NCBI GenBank assembly: GCA_044370275.1
Contig: JBILVT010000001.1
Span: 10,054 to 74,053, forward strand
From: Burkholderiaceae bacterium
Lineage (GTDB): Bacteria; Pseudomonadota; Gammaproteobacteria; Burkholderiales; Burkholderiaceae_A
Length of the DNA: 64,000 nucleotides
Direction: 5' to 3'
The notes beneath the pieces were generated by a model. It was not told the origin of the DNA. It did no database searches and saw only the letters and a program-made list of their open reading frames with translations. The translations under genes were made by a program, and so were the position numbers. Numbering within the stretch: position 1 is the stretch's first letter; every line of letters starts with the position of its first letter. Below, piece after piece: positions 1-9,991 of this stretch.

Positions 1-384
1 GGCGCTTACACCGAGCTGATCCCGATGCTTGGCCGTGACGTTGTGAACGGATTTTATGCGACCAGCTCCTCGCTGATTCCCTATCCGGATTCGCCGAACC
101 CGGCAGTGCGCAAGTGGGCGGCTGACTTCAAGGCCCGCACAAACGCTGATCCCCAGCTCTTCACGCTCTACGGCTACTGGATTATCGACTTACTCGGTCG
201 GGGTATTGAGCGGGCAGGAAAGAAACTAACCTCGGAGTCTTTGGCTTGGGCTCTTGAGACAATGGGTACTCAGCGAAGCTCTTTGGGTCTTCCGCCGATC
301 ACTTTCACAGAAAAGAACCACCTCGGTTCGTCCTATTCAGCGCTGTCTCAGATACAAAATGGTCGCTGGGTTGAGGTGAAATAA
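1..384 (+). CDS. Liv-type (branched-chain amino acid family) ABC substrate-binding protein, C-terminal part (5' truncated by window)
   Basis: Typical LivJ-like C-terminus (PITFTEKNHLG...QIQNGRW); directly upstream of LivH/M/G/F-like genes. Confidence 0.8.
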   Translation, partial: GAYTELIPMLGRDVVNGFYATSSSLIPYPDSPNPAVRKWAADFKARTNADPQLFTLYGYWIIDLLGRGIERAGKKLTSESLAWALETMGTQRSSLGLPPITFTEKNHLGSSYSALSQIQNGRWVEVK

Positions 385-400
385 GTCCGAGCACTTCAAG

Positions 401-438
401 AGGGGCCGGGACCGCGACAGCGTCTCCCGGCCTTTTTT
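401..438 (+). terminator. GC-rich hairpin + U-tract between SBP and permease (terminator/mRNA stabiliser)
   Basis: GGCCGGGA(404-411) pairs with TCCCGGCC(425-432), followed by TTTTTT. Confidence 0.6.
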
Positions 439-458
439 GATCCGATCGATAACCCACC

Positions 459-1328
459 ATGCTACAGATCATCCTAAGTGGCGTATCGCAAGGCTGCATC
501 TATGGCCTTGTCGCGCTGGGCTTTGTACTGATTTATAAGGCGACAGAGACCGTTAGCTTTGCTCAGGGAGAGCTCATGATGGTGGGCGGCTTTACCGCCT
601 TGGTCATGACACAGTTCATTGGCCTACCGTTTTGGCTTGCCGTATTGGTGTGCTTAGTTGCGGTGGGCTTGGTAGGCTATTTTCTTGAGCGGATTGTGAT
701 ACGACCGGTGTTGGGCCAGACCGCTTTGGCGGTAGTGCTCTTGACAATTGGTTTAGGCTACGTGGCCCGCGGACTGGTGGCGATGCTGCCGGTCATTGGC
801 ACTGAGACCCATACCCTAGCGGTGCCGTACGCAGGGAAGACCACCAATCTCGCCGGGCTCATCATTTCTTACGATCACTTGGTTGTGATTGGATCGACGC
901 TACTGATCTGTCTGCTGCTGTACCTGATGTTTCATTTCACTCGGGTGGGCATTGCCCTTCGGGCATCGTCACAGAATCAGCTTGCCGCGTACTACATGGG
1001 AATTCCCGTAAAGCGATTAAATGGCCTGGTCTGGAGCCTGGCCGCGGCGCTTGCATGTTTGGCAGGTGTATTGCTTGCGCCGATTACGTTTGTCCATGTG
1101 AATATGGGTTTTATTGGATTAAAGGCCTTGCCGGCGGCTGTCGTCGGTGGCTTTACCAGTCTGCCGGGCGCGATTCTTGGCGGCATCGTGATTGGCGTGG
1201 CGGAAACTCTTTCTGGTTTTTATCTGCCGGAGGGGTTTAAAGAGGTCGCTGCTTATGTGGTGATGCTTGCCGTGTTACTGCTTTTTCCAAGTGGACTGCT
1301 CGGCGAGCGGACCCGCAAAAAAGTCTAG
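459..1328 (+). CDS. livH: Liv-type ABC permease (LivH-like)
   Basis: G(C)IYGLVALGFVLIY...SFAQGE, TRVGIALRASSQN, GGFTSLPGA motifs; hydrophobic. Confidence 0.9.
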   Translation: MLQIILSGVSQGCIYGLVALGFVLIYKATETVSFAQGELMMVGGFTALVMTQFIGLPFWLAVLVCLVAVGLVGYFLERIVIRPVLGQTALAVVLLTIGLGYVARGLVAMLPVIGTETHTLAVPYAGKTTNLAGLIISYDHLVVIGSTLLICLLLYLMFHFTRVGIALRASSQNQLAAYYMGIPVKRLNGLVWSLAAALACLAGVLLAPITFVHVNMGFIGLKALPAAVVGGFTSLPGAILGGIVIGVAETLSGFYLPEGFKEVAAYVVMLAVLLLFPSGLLGERTRKKV

Positions 1329-1347
1329 CCCACTCGAAGACCGCGCC

Positions 1348-2424
1348 ATGCGATTTCTTTTTAAAACAAGCTATGAGCAGGATGTCCGGCTGATTCAGCA
1401 CTCCGGCCAGCTATTCTGGAATGGCTTATTGATTGTTGCTTTGCTGATTTCGCCGGCCGTTTTGCCGGAATTCTGGCTGGCGCAATTAAATCTTATCTTG
1501 GTGTATTCGATGGTCGGCCTGGGCATGATGCTTCTGCTGGGCTACACAGGGCAGCTCTCTCTGGGGCACGCAGCGTTTTTTGGTTTAGGTGCTTTTGTTC
1601 AGGCCTATTTTGTCAATCGTGGCTGGCCATTTTTTGGAGCGATGTCGATCACCATCATTGCCAATGTGGCCCTGGGCGCACTGATTGCGCTGCCAGCGCT
1701 GCGGGTAAAGGGCATTTTTCTGGGTATCGCAACCCTTGCCCTCGGTCTAATCGTAGAAGAGGTATTGGTGAAGTGGGAATCGTTTACCAACGGCACTTCG
1801 GGTCTAACGGTCAAGCCTGCCCAGCTGTTTGGCTGGGTGCTCAACGCGCAGCATGAATTCTTTTATCTCGCCTTGTTCATTGTGCTGCTTTGCACATGGA
1901 TGACACTCAATCTTTTGCGCAGCCCCACAGGCCGCGCCATGATTGCGATCCGCGATTCAGAGATCTCTGCCCAGAGCATGGGCATTCAGGCGGGCCGCAC
2001 CAAGATCTCAGCTTTTATGATTTCCGCAGCGTTTACGGGTATCGGGGGGGCGCTATATGCCCAATATCTTCGGCATATTTCGCCAGAGAATTTCACACTA
2101 CTTCTATCCCTTGACTTTGCCCTGATGGTCATCATCGGGGGCTTGGCCAGCATTCACGGCGTATTTTTCGGGGCCATGTTTATTGTGTTGATGCCGCCTC
2201 TGATTGCAATTGGCAAAGATTTCCTGCCGGCTGCCATGGCCAACACGGCCGGCTTACAAAATGTGGTCTACGGATTAATTCTAATCAGCGTGGTCTTATT
2301 TGAACCGCGCGGCCTGTATGGCCGCTGGCTGAAGACTCGGACCTATTTTCAGATTTTTCCGTTTTATCGGCGGGGCATGTTTAGACGCCAGAAGGCGTTT
2401 CAGAAATCAGACCGCCTGAGCTAG
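1348..2424 (+). CDS. livM: Liv-type ABC permease (LivM-like)
   Basis: GYTGQLSLGHAAFFG, SPTGRAMIAIRDSEISA motifs; ATG at 1348 chosen over the overlapping upstream start. Confidence 0.9.
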   Translation: MRFLFKTSYEQDVRLIQHSGQLFWNGLLIVALLISPAVLPEFWLAQLNLILVYSMVGLGMMLLLGYTGQLSLGHAAFFGLGAFVQAYFVNRGWPFFGAMSITIIANVALGALIALPALRVKGIFLGIATLALGLIVEEVLVKWESFTNGTSGLTVKPAQLFGWVLNAQHEFFYLALFIVLLCTWMTLNLLRSPTGRAMIAIRDSEISAQSMGIQAGRTKISAFMISAAFTGIGGALYAQYLRHISPENFTLLLSLDFALMVIIGGLASIHGVFFGAMFIVLMPPLIAIGKDFLPAAMANTAGLQNVVYGLILISVVLFEPRGLYGRWLKTRTYFQIFPFYRRGMFRRQKAFQKSDRLS

Positions 2425-2438
2425 GTTGCCCAACTGCC

Positions 2439-3215
2439 ATGACACAGCCCCTGCTTCGCGCCCAGCACATCTCCCGTCAGTTCGGCGGACTGCTCGCAGT
2501 CGATGACCTGAGTTTCGATGTTTATCCTGGTGAAGTGCTCACCTTGATTGGCCCGAATGGCGCAGGAAAATCCACGGTCTTCAATGTGATCAGCCGCATC
2601 TATCCCCAGACCTCCGGCCGGCTGGAGTATCGGGGAAAGGATTTGGCCGGAGTCGCCCCCCATCAGATTGCCTGGCGTGGCATTGCGCGGACTTTTCAAA
2701 ATATCGAGCTTTTCGAGCACGCCACAGTACTGAATAATCTGCTCATCGGCCATCACATCCGAAGCCGTACCAATCTTCTCGGCGATCTCTTATTCCTACC
2801 CTCGACACATCGTCAGGAGATTGCCGCCCGCGAGCATGTCGAAAAAGTGATTGATTTTCTGGGCCTGCAAAAGGTTCGAGATTCGATGGTGGCGGGCCTG
2901 CCGTATGGCGTCCGTAAAGTGGTTGAGTTAGGCCGGGCGCTGTGCATGCAGCCCGAGCTTTTACTTTTGGATGAGCCTTCCTCGGGATTAAATCCCGAGG
3001 AGACGGATGAGTTGGTGTTTTGGATTCGAGATATCGTGACTGAGATGGGTGCTACGGTCATGATGGTGGAGCACGATATGTCACTTGTGCTTCGGGTCTC
3101 ATCGCGAGTTGTTGCGATGAACCAGGGCCGAGTAGTTGCGATTGGCACACCCCAAGAAGTACAAAGCCATCCCGAGGTCATCTCAGCCTATCTCGGCGCA
3201 GAGGCTGCCCCATGA
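2439..3215 (+). CDS. livG: Liv-type ABC ATPase (LivG-like)
   Basis: Walker A GPNGAGKS, ARTFQN, LPYG signature, LLLDEP, C-terminal HPEVISAYLG. Confidence 0.92.
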   Translation: MTQPLLRAQHISRQFGGLLAVDDLSFDVYPGEVLTLIGPNGAGKSTVFNVISRIYPQTSGRLEYRGKDLAGVAPHQIAWRGIARTFQNIELFEHATVLNNLLIGHHIRSRTNLLGDLLFLPSTHRQEIAAREHVEKVIDFLGLQKVRDSMVAGLPYGVRKVVELGRALCMQPELLLLDEPSSGLNPEETDELVFWIRDIVTEMGATVMMVEHDMSLVLRVSSRVVAMNQGRVVAIGTPQEVQSHPEVISAYLGAEAAP

Positions 3216-3994
3216 GCCAGCAGGCGCCCGATTTACTTGTGGTCAGCTCGGTTGAATCCGCCTATGGGCCGATTAAAGCAATTCGTGGCGTGAGCCTTAA
3301 GGTTGCAAAAGCCAGTATCGTGACCCTGCTTGGCTCAAATGGTGCGGGCAAGACTACTTTATTGAAAACGATCTCAGGCATTATGGATCCGCTTCGCGGG
3401 TCGATTGAATTTAATCACCAGAATATTTCTGGTTTTGATCCAGCGCAGATTGTGCAGATGGGCCTATCGCATGTGCCTGAGGGCCGAGAAGTGTTTCCGT
3501 TGTTAACGGTGCAGGAAAACCTTCTGATGGGCGCCTATACCCGCAGGGATCGCGATGCGGTCGCAAGAGATATGGAGCGGGCTTATGGCTACTTTCCGAT
3601 TCTTGCGGAAAGACGCAATCAGGATGCGGGCCTGCTCTCTGGCGGTCAGCAGCAGATGTTGGCAATCGCCCGTGCGCTTCTATCCTCGCCGCAGATGATC
3701 CTGATGGATGAGCCCAGCCTGGGGTTAAGCCCCAAGCTCACCAAAGAGATTTTTGAAATCATCGTGAGAATTAATCGTGAAAGCGGCACCAGCATTTTGT
3801 TAGTTGAACAAAATGCTCATATGGCCTTGAATACTGCCGATTATGGCTATGTGCTGGAAAACGGCCGTGTCGTGCTCGAAGACCAATGCGATCGGCTGCG
3901 TGAAAAAGAGGATATCCGCGAGTTTTATCTGGGGATGAAGCAGCAGGGTGTGCGCGGCGATCGCCGCTGGAAAAAGAAAAAGACCTGGCGTTAA
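3212..3994 (+). CDS. livF: Liv-type ABC ATPase (LivF-like)
   Basis: GSNGAGKTT, VPEGREVF, LSGGQQQM, DEPSLGLSP, LLVEQNA. Confidence 0.92.
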   Translation: MSQQAPDLLVVSSVESAYGPIKAIRGVSLKVAKASIVTLLGSNGAGKTTLLKTISGIMDPLRGSIEFNHQNISGFDPAQIVQMGLSHVPEGREVFPLLTVQENLLMGAYTRRDRDAVARDMERAYGYFPILAERRNQDAGLLSGGQQQMLAIARALLSSPQMILMDEPSLGLSPKLTKEIFEIIVRINRESGTSILLVEQNAHMALNTADYGYVLENGRVVLEDQCDRLREKEDIREFYLGMKQQGVRGDRRWKKKKTWR

Positions 3995-4004
3995 GGCATC
4001 TGAT

Positions 4005-5879
4005 ATGCGTTATCTCTGGAAACTTCACGAGGAATTTGAGCGGGCCCAGCGCAAAACTGCTCCGCCCCTTGCTGGCGATACGGTGCAAGCGATGTTCTGG
4101 AACGCAGTCGCATTGCGCTCCGATCAGGTCTGGCTTCGCTATAAAAAATTCGGCATCTGGCAGTCGCTGACCTGGCAGCAGACCGCCGACCAGGTGGAGG
4201 CGATCACCGCTGGCCTCATTGCGCTTGGACTGAGTGTTCAGGATCGGGTCGCGATTATTTCGAATACCCGTGCCGAGTGGCTCTTGGCGGATCTGGCGAC
4301 ACTGACAGCAGCTGCCGCCACAGTGGGGGTCTATCCCACCGATTCTCCGCAGCAGCTCTCTTACGTGATAAACGATAGCAGCGCACGGTTTATTTTTGTC
4401 GAGGATGAAGAGCAGCTGGATAAGACGCTGTCCGTGATGGGGGAGTGCCCAAGCCTCGGGCACGTGATCGTGATGGATGAGAAGGGCCTCTCGAACTACC
4501 AGCACGACCGCGTTTTTGGCTGGTCGGCTTTGCTGGAACTGGGACGGCAGGCCCTCGAAGCCTCTCCTGGCATGGTCAGAGAGCGTCTTGCGCAGCAGCG
4601 AACAGACCACCTGGCGATGTTGGTCTACACCTCAGGCACCACCGGAAAACCGAAAGGCGCCATGCACCACCAAGAGGGCCTCGTCTATGCGATTCGGGCC
4701 CACTCCAAGATTATTTGGCAGAACCCATCTGATGAGCGGATGTGTTTTTTGCCGCTTTGCCATATCGCGGAACGGATCGGTGGCGCATTCATTTCGATGT
4801 ACACCGGTACTCGGATTAATTTCGTGGAAAACCCGGAGACCGTACCCGAGAACATCCGAGAAATAGCCCCCACCGTGGTCCTGGCGGTGCCGCGGGTCTG
4901 GGAGAAATTTCATTCCGGTGTGATGCTGGCCCTCTCGGAGTCCACACCGTTTCAGCAGCGGCTTTTTCATGCCGCTATCGGCTTGGGCCTAAGAATTGCT
5001 GATCGGGTCCTCAGCGGGCAGCGGGTGCCCCTTAGCGAGCGGATTGGCTATGTTTTTGCCCAATGGCTGGTGCTGGCCAATGTACGCAAATCTATTGGTC
5101 TGGATCGGGCCCGAGTTTTACTGACTGGCGCAGCCCCGATCTCGCCGCAGCTGATTCGCTGGTTTTTTGCGCTCGGCAGCCCAATGTTGGAGCTCTGGGG
5201 CATGACCGAGACCTGCGCGGCATCAAGCGCGAATCGGCCCGGCCATATCAAGCTGGGATCGATTGGCCAGGCGGCCGAGCACAACGAGATGCGCATTGAT
5301 CCGCAGACGGGTGAGATCCTTGTGAAGGGAAAAAACGTATTTTCTGGCTACTTGAATAACCCGGAGAAGACCGCAGAGGCCTTTACGCCGGATGGCTGGC
5401 TACGGACAGGTGATGTCGCGACCGTGGATGGTCAGGGATTTTTCACTATCGTGGATCGCATCAAGGACATCATCATCACGGCCGGGGGGAAGAACATCAC
5501 CCCGAGCGAACTCGAAAATGAGCTGAAGGCCTCGCCCTATATTACTGACGCTGTGGTCATCGGTGACCGCAAGCCCTATCTGACGGCCATCATCATGGTC
5601 GACCACGACAATGTGGAGCATTTTGCTCTTTCCCGGGATATCCGATTCACCAATTACGAGAGCCTTACTCGGTCCCAGGAGGTGGTCGATCTGATCGGGG
5701 CCGAGGTTGCGGCAGTGAATCAGCGCTATGCCCGGGTGGAGCAAATCAAGAAGTTCAGGCTATTGGGCAAGAAGCTCACCCCCGAGGATGAGGAGGTGAC
5801 ACCGACCATGAAATTGAAAAGAAAATTGATTTTGGATCGCTATGCGCCCATGATTGAGGCAATGTACGCCGAGCCCTAA
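4005..5879 (+). CDS. Long-chain fatty acid--CoA ligase (AMP-binding)
   Basis: YTSGTTGKPKG AMP-binding loop, LPLCHIAER, WGMTE, GWLRTGD, DRIKDIIITAGGKNI, TPTMKLKR. Confidence 0.9.
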   Translation: MRYLWKLHEEFERAQRKTAPPLAGDTVQAMFWNAVALRSDQVWLRYKKFGIWQSLTWQQTADQVEAITAGLIALGLSVQDRVAIISNTRAEWLLADLATLTAAAATVGVYPTDSPQQLSYVINDSSARFIFVEDEEQLDKTLSVMGECPSLGHVIVMDEKGLSNYQHDRVFGWSALLELGRQALEASPGMVRERLAQQRTDHLAMLVYTSGTTGKPKGAMHHQEGLVYAIRAHSKIIWQNPSDERMCFLPLCHIAERIGGAFISMYTGTRINFVENPETVPENIREIAPTVVLAVPRVWEKFHSGVMLALSESTPFQQRLFHAAIGLGLRIADRVLSGQRVPLSERIGYVFAQWLVLANVRKSIGLDRARVLLTGAAPISPQLIRWFFALGSPMLELWGMTETCAASSANRPGHIKLGSIGQAAEHNEMRIDPQTGEILVKGKNVFSGYLNNPEKTAEAFTPDGWLRTGDVATVDGQGFFTIVDRIKDIIITAGGKNITPSELENELKASPYITDAVVIGDRKPYLTAIIMVDHDNVEHFALSRDIRFTNYESLTRSQEVVDLIGAEVAAVNQRYARVEQIKKFRLLGKKLTPEDEEVTPTMKLKRKLILDRYAPMIEAMYAEP

Positions 5880-5949
5880 TTTGAGGTCTTTTTCGATGTC
5901 CTGATAGACTTTCACCGCTGTCCTTTTTTCTCACCTAAATGGAGTCACT

Positions 5950-6366
5950 ATGGCAAGCAAGAAACCCAAGGCCGCCAAGGCAAAAAAAGCACCCGCCAAA
6001 AAATCTGCCGCAAAAGCTAAACCCGCAGCAAAAGCAAAATCCGCTGCGCCCAAGCCCATCAAAACTGCCCTGAATAAGTCCACCCTGGTGGCACGTATTT
6101 CGGAGCAAACAGGTGTTGAGTCTAAGTCGGTGAAGGCGGTTCTGGCGGCTCTGGAAGAGGCCACGCTGACATCGGTTAGCAAAAAAGGCGTTGGCGAATT
6201 TACCCTGCCGGGCCTGATGAAAGTGGTTGCTCAAAAGGTTCCCGCCAAGCCCAAGCGCTTTGGCAAGAACCCCTTTACAGGCCAGGATCAGTGGTTTGCC
6301 GCTAAGCCCGCTACCGTCAAGGTTAAGGTCCGCGCGTTGAAGAAGCTGAAAGACGCCGTCCTGTAA
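5950..6366 (+). CDS. HU/IHF-family DNA-binding protein with Lys/Ala/Pro-rich (histone H1-like) N-terminal tail
   Basis: LNKSTLVARISE helix, FTLPGL, GKNPFTG arm tip, ALKKLKDAV; N-terminal ~35 aa of K/A/P repeats; RBS GGAG upstream. Confidence 0.85.
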   Translation: MASKKPKAAKAKKAPAKKSAAKAKPAAKAKSAAPKPIKTALNKSTLVARISEQTGVESKSVKAVLAALEEATLTSVSKKGVGEFTLPGLMKVVAQKVPAKPKRFGKNPFTGQDQWFAAKPATVKVKVRALKKLKDAVL

Positions 6367-6385
6367 TTCGCTTTTTGTCTTTGTT

Positions 6386-6430
6386 CGGGCTGCTGGGCGG
6401 CGCAAGCTGCTAGCGGCCCGTTTTCTTTCT
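6386..6430 (+). terminator. Rho-independent terminator after HU-like gene
   Basis: CGGGCTGCTGGGCGGC-GCAA-GCTGCTAGCGGCCCG stem (GNRA loop, some G-U pairs) then TTTTCTTTCT. Confidence 0.75.
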
Positions 6431-6483
6431 CGGTACTGATGTCTAAGGGTAAAGTTTTTTCATGCTGAGATAACATCAGTGGC

Positions 6484-8001
6484 ATGAGCCAGCTGCGTGT
6501 TGAATCCCTGACCAAGGTCTATTCGACCTTAATTGCGAATGACGCCATCAGCATGGAAGTCCAGCCTGGCGAGATCCATGCGGTGCTGGGTGAAAACGGC
6601 GCCGGCAAGTCGACCCTGATGAAAATGATCTACGGGGTAACGCCGCCAACCAGTGGCGAGATCGTTTGGGAGGGCAGGCCAGTCCAGATTCGGTCTACTG
6701 CCCAGGCCCGCGCGCTTGGCATTGGAATGGTCTTTCAGCACTTCTCGCTTTTTGAGTCTTTGACAGTTTTAGAAAATACCGAATTGGCCCTAGCAGGCAA
6801 GATGCGCCGCTCTGATCTATCCGATCAAATCGCTGAGATATCTGCCCACTACGGACTGCCAGTGCATCCTGACCGGCTGGTCCACGATCTCTCGGTAGGT
6901 GAGCGGCAACGGGTAGAGATCATCCGATGCCTGCTGCAAAAACCGCGGCTGTTGATTATGGATGAGCCGACCTCGGTGCTCAGCCCGAGTGCAGTCGAAA
7001 AGCTGTTCGAGACGCTTCGGGCGATTAGCCAAGAGGGCTGCGCAATTCTTTACATCAGCCATAAGCTTGATGAGATTCGATCGCTTTGCGATACCGCGAC
7101 TATTCTCCGGGCGGGCCGGGTCACGGGCAGCTGCATCCCTCGAAATGAGACCCCGCAGTCGCTCGCCAAGATGATGATCGGCAAAGAATTTGATCGGCCT
7201 CAACGTGCCGCAGTTTCTCCCGGTGAGACAGTGCTTGCCCTGCATCAATGCTCTAAAGTGGCAGGCGCCCCTTTCGGTGTTGACTTACATGACATCAACC
7301 TCAGCGTCCGAGCAGGTGAAATTCTTGGCATTGCAGGTATCTCGGGCAACGGCCAAAACGAGCTTTGCGAACTGCTCTCAGGCGAGGTCTTAGCGGACTC
7401 GGCCGATGCGATTGAACTCTTGGGCATCCCGATTGGTCTGGCGGGCGTGGGTGCCCGGCGGGCCCAAGGCCTTGCCTATGTGCCCGAGGATCGGCTGAGT
7501 CAGGGGTCGGTGACCAGCATGTCATTGGCGGAAAATCTGATGCTCACCGGCGCCAACACCCTTGGGCTTGTGAAAAGCGGCATGCTGCAGCTTTCTCGGG
7601 CCGTAGCGCTTACTCGAGACTGCATTGGTCATTTCAATGTGAAAGCCTCGGGCCCCCATGCTGCTGCCGGATCTTTGTCGGGCGGCAATCTGCAGAAGTT
7701 CATTGCCGGCCGGGAGATGCTGCAAAAGCCGAAGGTCATGATTTGCGCCCAGCCGACCTGGGGCGTTGATGTTGGCGCGACAGCTTTTATTCGGCAGTCA
7801 TTGATTGACCTTGCACGGGCTGGCTGCGCAGTGATCGTCATCTCTGAGGAGCTCGAGGAGCTTTTTGAGGTCAGTGACCGCATTGCAGTTTTATCGCAGG
7901 GCAGACTCTCACCGATTAAGCCGCTCTCAGAGACCAGTGTGGAGCAGATTGGATTGTGGATGGGCGGAATGTGGCAGGAGGGTGCAAATGCCACGGCTTG
8001 A
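6484..8001 (+). CDS. Nucleoside/purine ABC transporter ATPase (two NBDs, CUT2/NupA-like)
   Basis: GENGAGKSTL, GMVFQHF, LSVGERQRVEI, LSGGNLQK, QPTWGVDVG. Confidence 0.9.
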   Translation: MSQLRVESLTKVYSTLIANDAISMEVQPGEIHAVLGENGAGKSTLMKMIYGVTPPTSGEIVWEGRPVQIRSTAQARALGIGMVFQHFSLFESLTVLENTELALAGKMRRSDLSDQIAEISAHYGLPVHPDRLVHDLSVGERQRVEIIRCLLQKPRLLIMDEPTSVLSPSAVEKLFETLRAISQEGCAILYISHKLDEIRSLCDTATILRAGRVTGSCIPRNETPQSLAKMMIGKEFDRPQRAAVSPGETVLALHQCSKVAGAPFGVDLHDINLSVRAGEILGIAGISGNGQNELCELLSGEVLADSADAIELLGIPIGLAGVGARRAQGLAYVPEDRLSQGSVTSMSLAENLMLTGANTLGLVKSGMLQLSRAVALTRDCIGHFNVKASGPHAAAGSLSGGNLQKFIAGREMLQKPKVMICAQPTWGVDVGATAFIRQSLIDLARAGCAVIVISEELEELFEVSDRIAVLSQGRLSPIKPLSETSVEQIGLWMGGMWQEGANATA

Positions 8002-9037
8002 GCTACGTCCAGGCGCTTCGGAGTGGATGCGGTATGGCTCCCCCGTGATCGCTGTGGTGCTCACGATTATTTCGGGATTAATCATTTTTGCTTTGCTCGG
8101 CAAAGATCCGATTCGGGGCTTCGAGGTATTTTTTTTAAATCCATTAAAAAGTTTTTATCACGTCTCTGAGCTGCTTCTCAAGGCCACGCCGCTTGCCATT
8201 TGTGCCATCGGACTGGCAATCGGATTTCGGGCCAATGTCTGGAATATCGGCGCCGAGGGCCAGTTCATTCTGGGCGCGATTTTCGCAACGGGTGTTGCTC
8301 TTTTTTTCGGAGAGACACCCGTTCTTACCTTAGCGCTGATGATGCTGGCAGGCATGCTTGGCGGAGCGCTCTGGGCATCCATCGCTGCCCTGCTGAAGAC
8401 CCGATTTAATACCAGCGAAATTTTAGTCTCTCTAATGCTGGTCTATGTCGCCGAGCTTTTGGTCTCTTGGTTTGTCTTCGGCCCCTGGAAAGATCCGCAA
8501 GGATTTAATTTTCCGCAGACTGAGATGTTTGAAAGCACCGCATTGCTGCCTAAGCTTTTCGAAGGGGTGCGGCTGAATCTTGCATTTGGATTTGCGATCG
8601 TACTTTTAATAGCAGGCCATATTTTATTTGCCAGAACCCATCTCGGATTCAAGATGCGTGTGGCTGGTGAGTCGCCTGCCGCGGCTGGCTATGCGGGTAT
8701 TTCCGCAGCGAAGATGACCTGGGTCGGGTTGCTCGTTGGGGGCGCTTGCGCCGGCCTTGCGGGTATGGCTGAGGTGGCAGGCCCAGTGGGCCAGCTCACC
8801 GATAAAGTTGGAAGCGGCTACGGTTTTGCTGCGATCATCATCGCGTTTGTCGGTCGATTAAATCCGCTGGGCATCGGTCTCGCCTCTTTATTGATGGCAC
8901 TTTTTTATATTGGCGGCGAGCAGGCACAGCAATACCTGGGCGTACGGGGCTCGATTTCAAAGGTATTCCAGGGTTTGCTACTTTTTTATTTGCTGGCCGT
9001 GGATGTACTGATTCGTTATCGGGTGAGATTCTCATGA
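7988..9037 (+). CDS. Nucleoside/purine ABC permease 1
   Basis: WNIGAEGQ, SEILVSLML, GYGFAAIIIAFVGRLNPLG; ATG at 7988 overlaps ATPase end. Confidence 0.88.
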   Translation: MPRLELRPGASEWMRYGSPVIAVVLTIISGLIIFALLGKDPIRGFEVFFLNPLKSFYHVSELLLKATPLAICAIGLAIGFRANVWNIGAEGQFILGAIFATGVALFFGETPVLTLALMMLAGMLGGALWASIAALLKTRFNTSEILVSLMLVYVAELLVSWFVFGPWKDPQGFNFPQTEMFESTALLPKLFEGVRLNLAFGFAIVLLIAGHILFARTHLGFKMRVAGESPAAAGYAGISAAKMTWVGLLVGGACAGLAGMAEVAGPVGQLTDKVGSGYGFAAIIIAFVGRLNPLGIGLASLLMALFYIGGEQAQQYLGVRGSISKVFQGLLLFYLLAVDVLIRYRVRFS

Positions 9038-9963
9038 CCGCAGAACTCTTGACCTCGATTCTTTTTGCCACGGTGGTGGCGGGCACCCCACTGGTTCTCG
9101 TGGCGCTTGGCGAATTGGTCTGTGAGAAATCCGGGATGCTGAATCTGGGCGCAGAGGGCATGATGGCTTTGGGCGCAGTTGCCGGTTTTATTGCAACCTT
9201 TGCAACCGGCTCGGTGTGGCTCGGTGTCGCCGCGGGCATATTGGCTGGCGCACTGCTGGCGCTTATCTTCGGTGTGATCACGATTCACCTCATGGCCAAT
9301 CAGGTCGCAACCGGATTAGCGGTTGCGATTTTTGGCGTAGGACTGGCGGCCTTTATCGGCAAGCCGTTCGAGTCCCAGGTGATACCCGCCACTCCCGCAA
9401 TTGTCGTTCCGCTGCTCTCGGAAATCCCTATCTTGGGGAAGGTGGTCTTTCAGCAGCAGTCCCTGGTCTACTTGACCTGGATTATTTTCGGCGGCCTGGT
9501 CTGGTTTCTTGCGAAAAGCCGCGGAGGACTGATCCTGAAAGCAGTAGGGGAATCCCCAGCATCGGCCCATGCGGTCGGCATCTCAGTCAACGCGGTTCGT
9601 TACTTGGCGGTGCTTTTTGGTGGTGCGATGGCGGGCCTTGGTGGTGCGTTTTTATCCGTGTTTTACACCCCAATGTGGACCGAGGGGATGATCGCCGGCC
9701 GGGGCTGGATCGCCTTGGCACTGGTGGTCTTTGCGACCTGGCGGCCCTGGCGTGTACTGCTTGGCGCTTACTTGTTTGGAGGGGTTCTGATCAGTCAATT
9801 CTTTGTACAATCATCTACGCTTCAAATCAACGTGCCGTCGCAGCTTTTGTCGGCGCTACCGTATCTTGCAACGATTGTGGTGCTTGTTGTGATTTGCAGA
9901 AATCCGCAGATGATTCGTATCAATTCTCCCGCTTCGCTCGGAAAACCATTCCGCGCGGATTAA
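9034..9963 (+). CDS. Nucleoside/purine ABC permease 2
   Basis: EKSGMLNLGAEGMM, ANQVATG, GRGWIALALVVFATWRP, LPYLATI. Confidence 0.88.
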   Translation: MTAELLTSILFATVVAGTPLVLVALGELVCEKSGMLNLGAEGMMALGAVAGFIATFATGSVWLGVAAGILAGALLALIFGVITIHLMANQVATGLAVAIFGVGLAAFIGKPFESQVIPATPAIVVPLLSEIPILGKVVFQQQSLVYLTWIIFGGLVWFLAKSRGGLILKAVGESPASAHAVGISVNAVRYLAVLFGGAMAGLGGAFLSVFYTPMWTEGMIAGRGWIALALVVFATWRPWRVLLGAYLFGGVLISQFFVQSSTLQINVPSQLLSALPYLATIVVLVVICRNPQMIRINSPASLGKPFRAD

Positions 9964-9991
9964 TGGTGTTAACAATTAGAAAGGGTTGTGT

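Noticed and set aside
3771-4610. 279-aa minus-strand ORF (also 5935-6405, 9216-9995 and similar overlapping ORFs)
   Set aside because: Antisense or alternate-frame overlaps of strongly supported genes, without motifs
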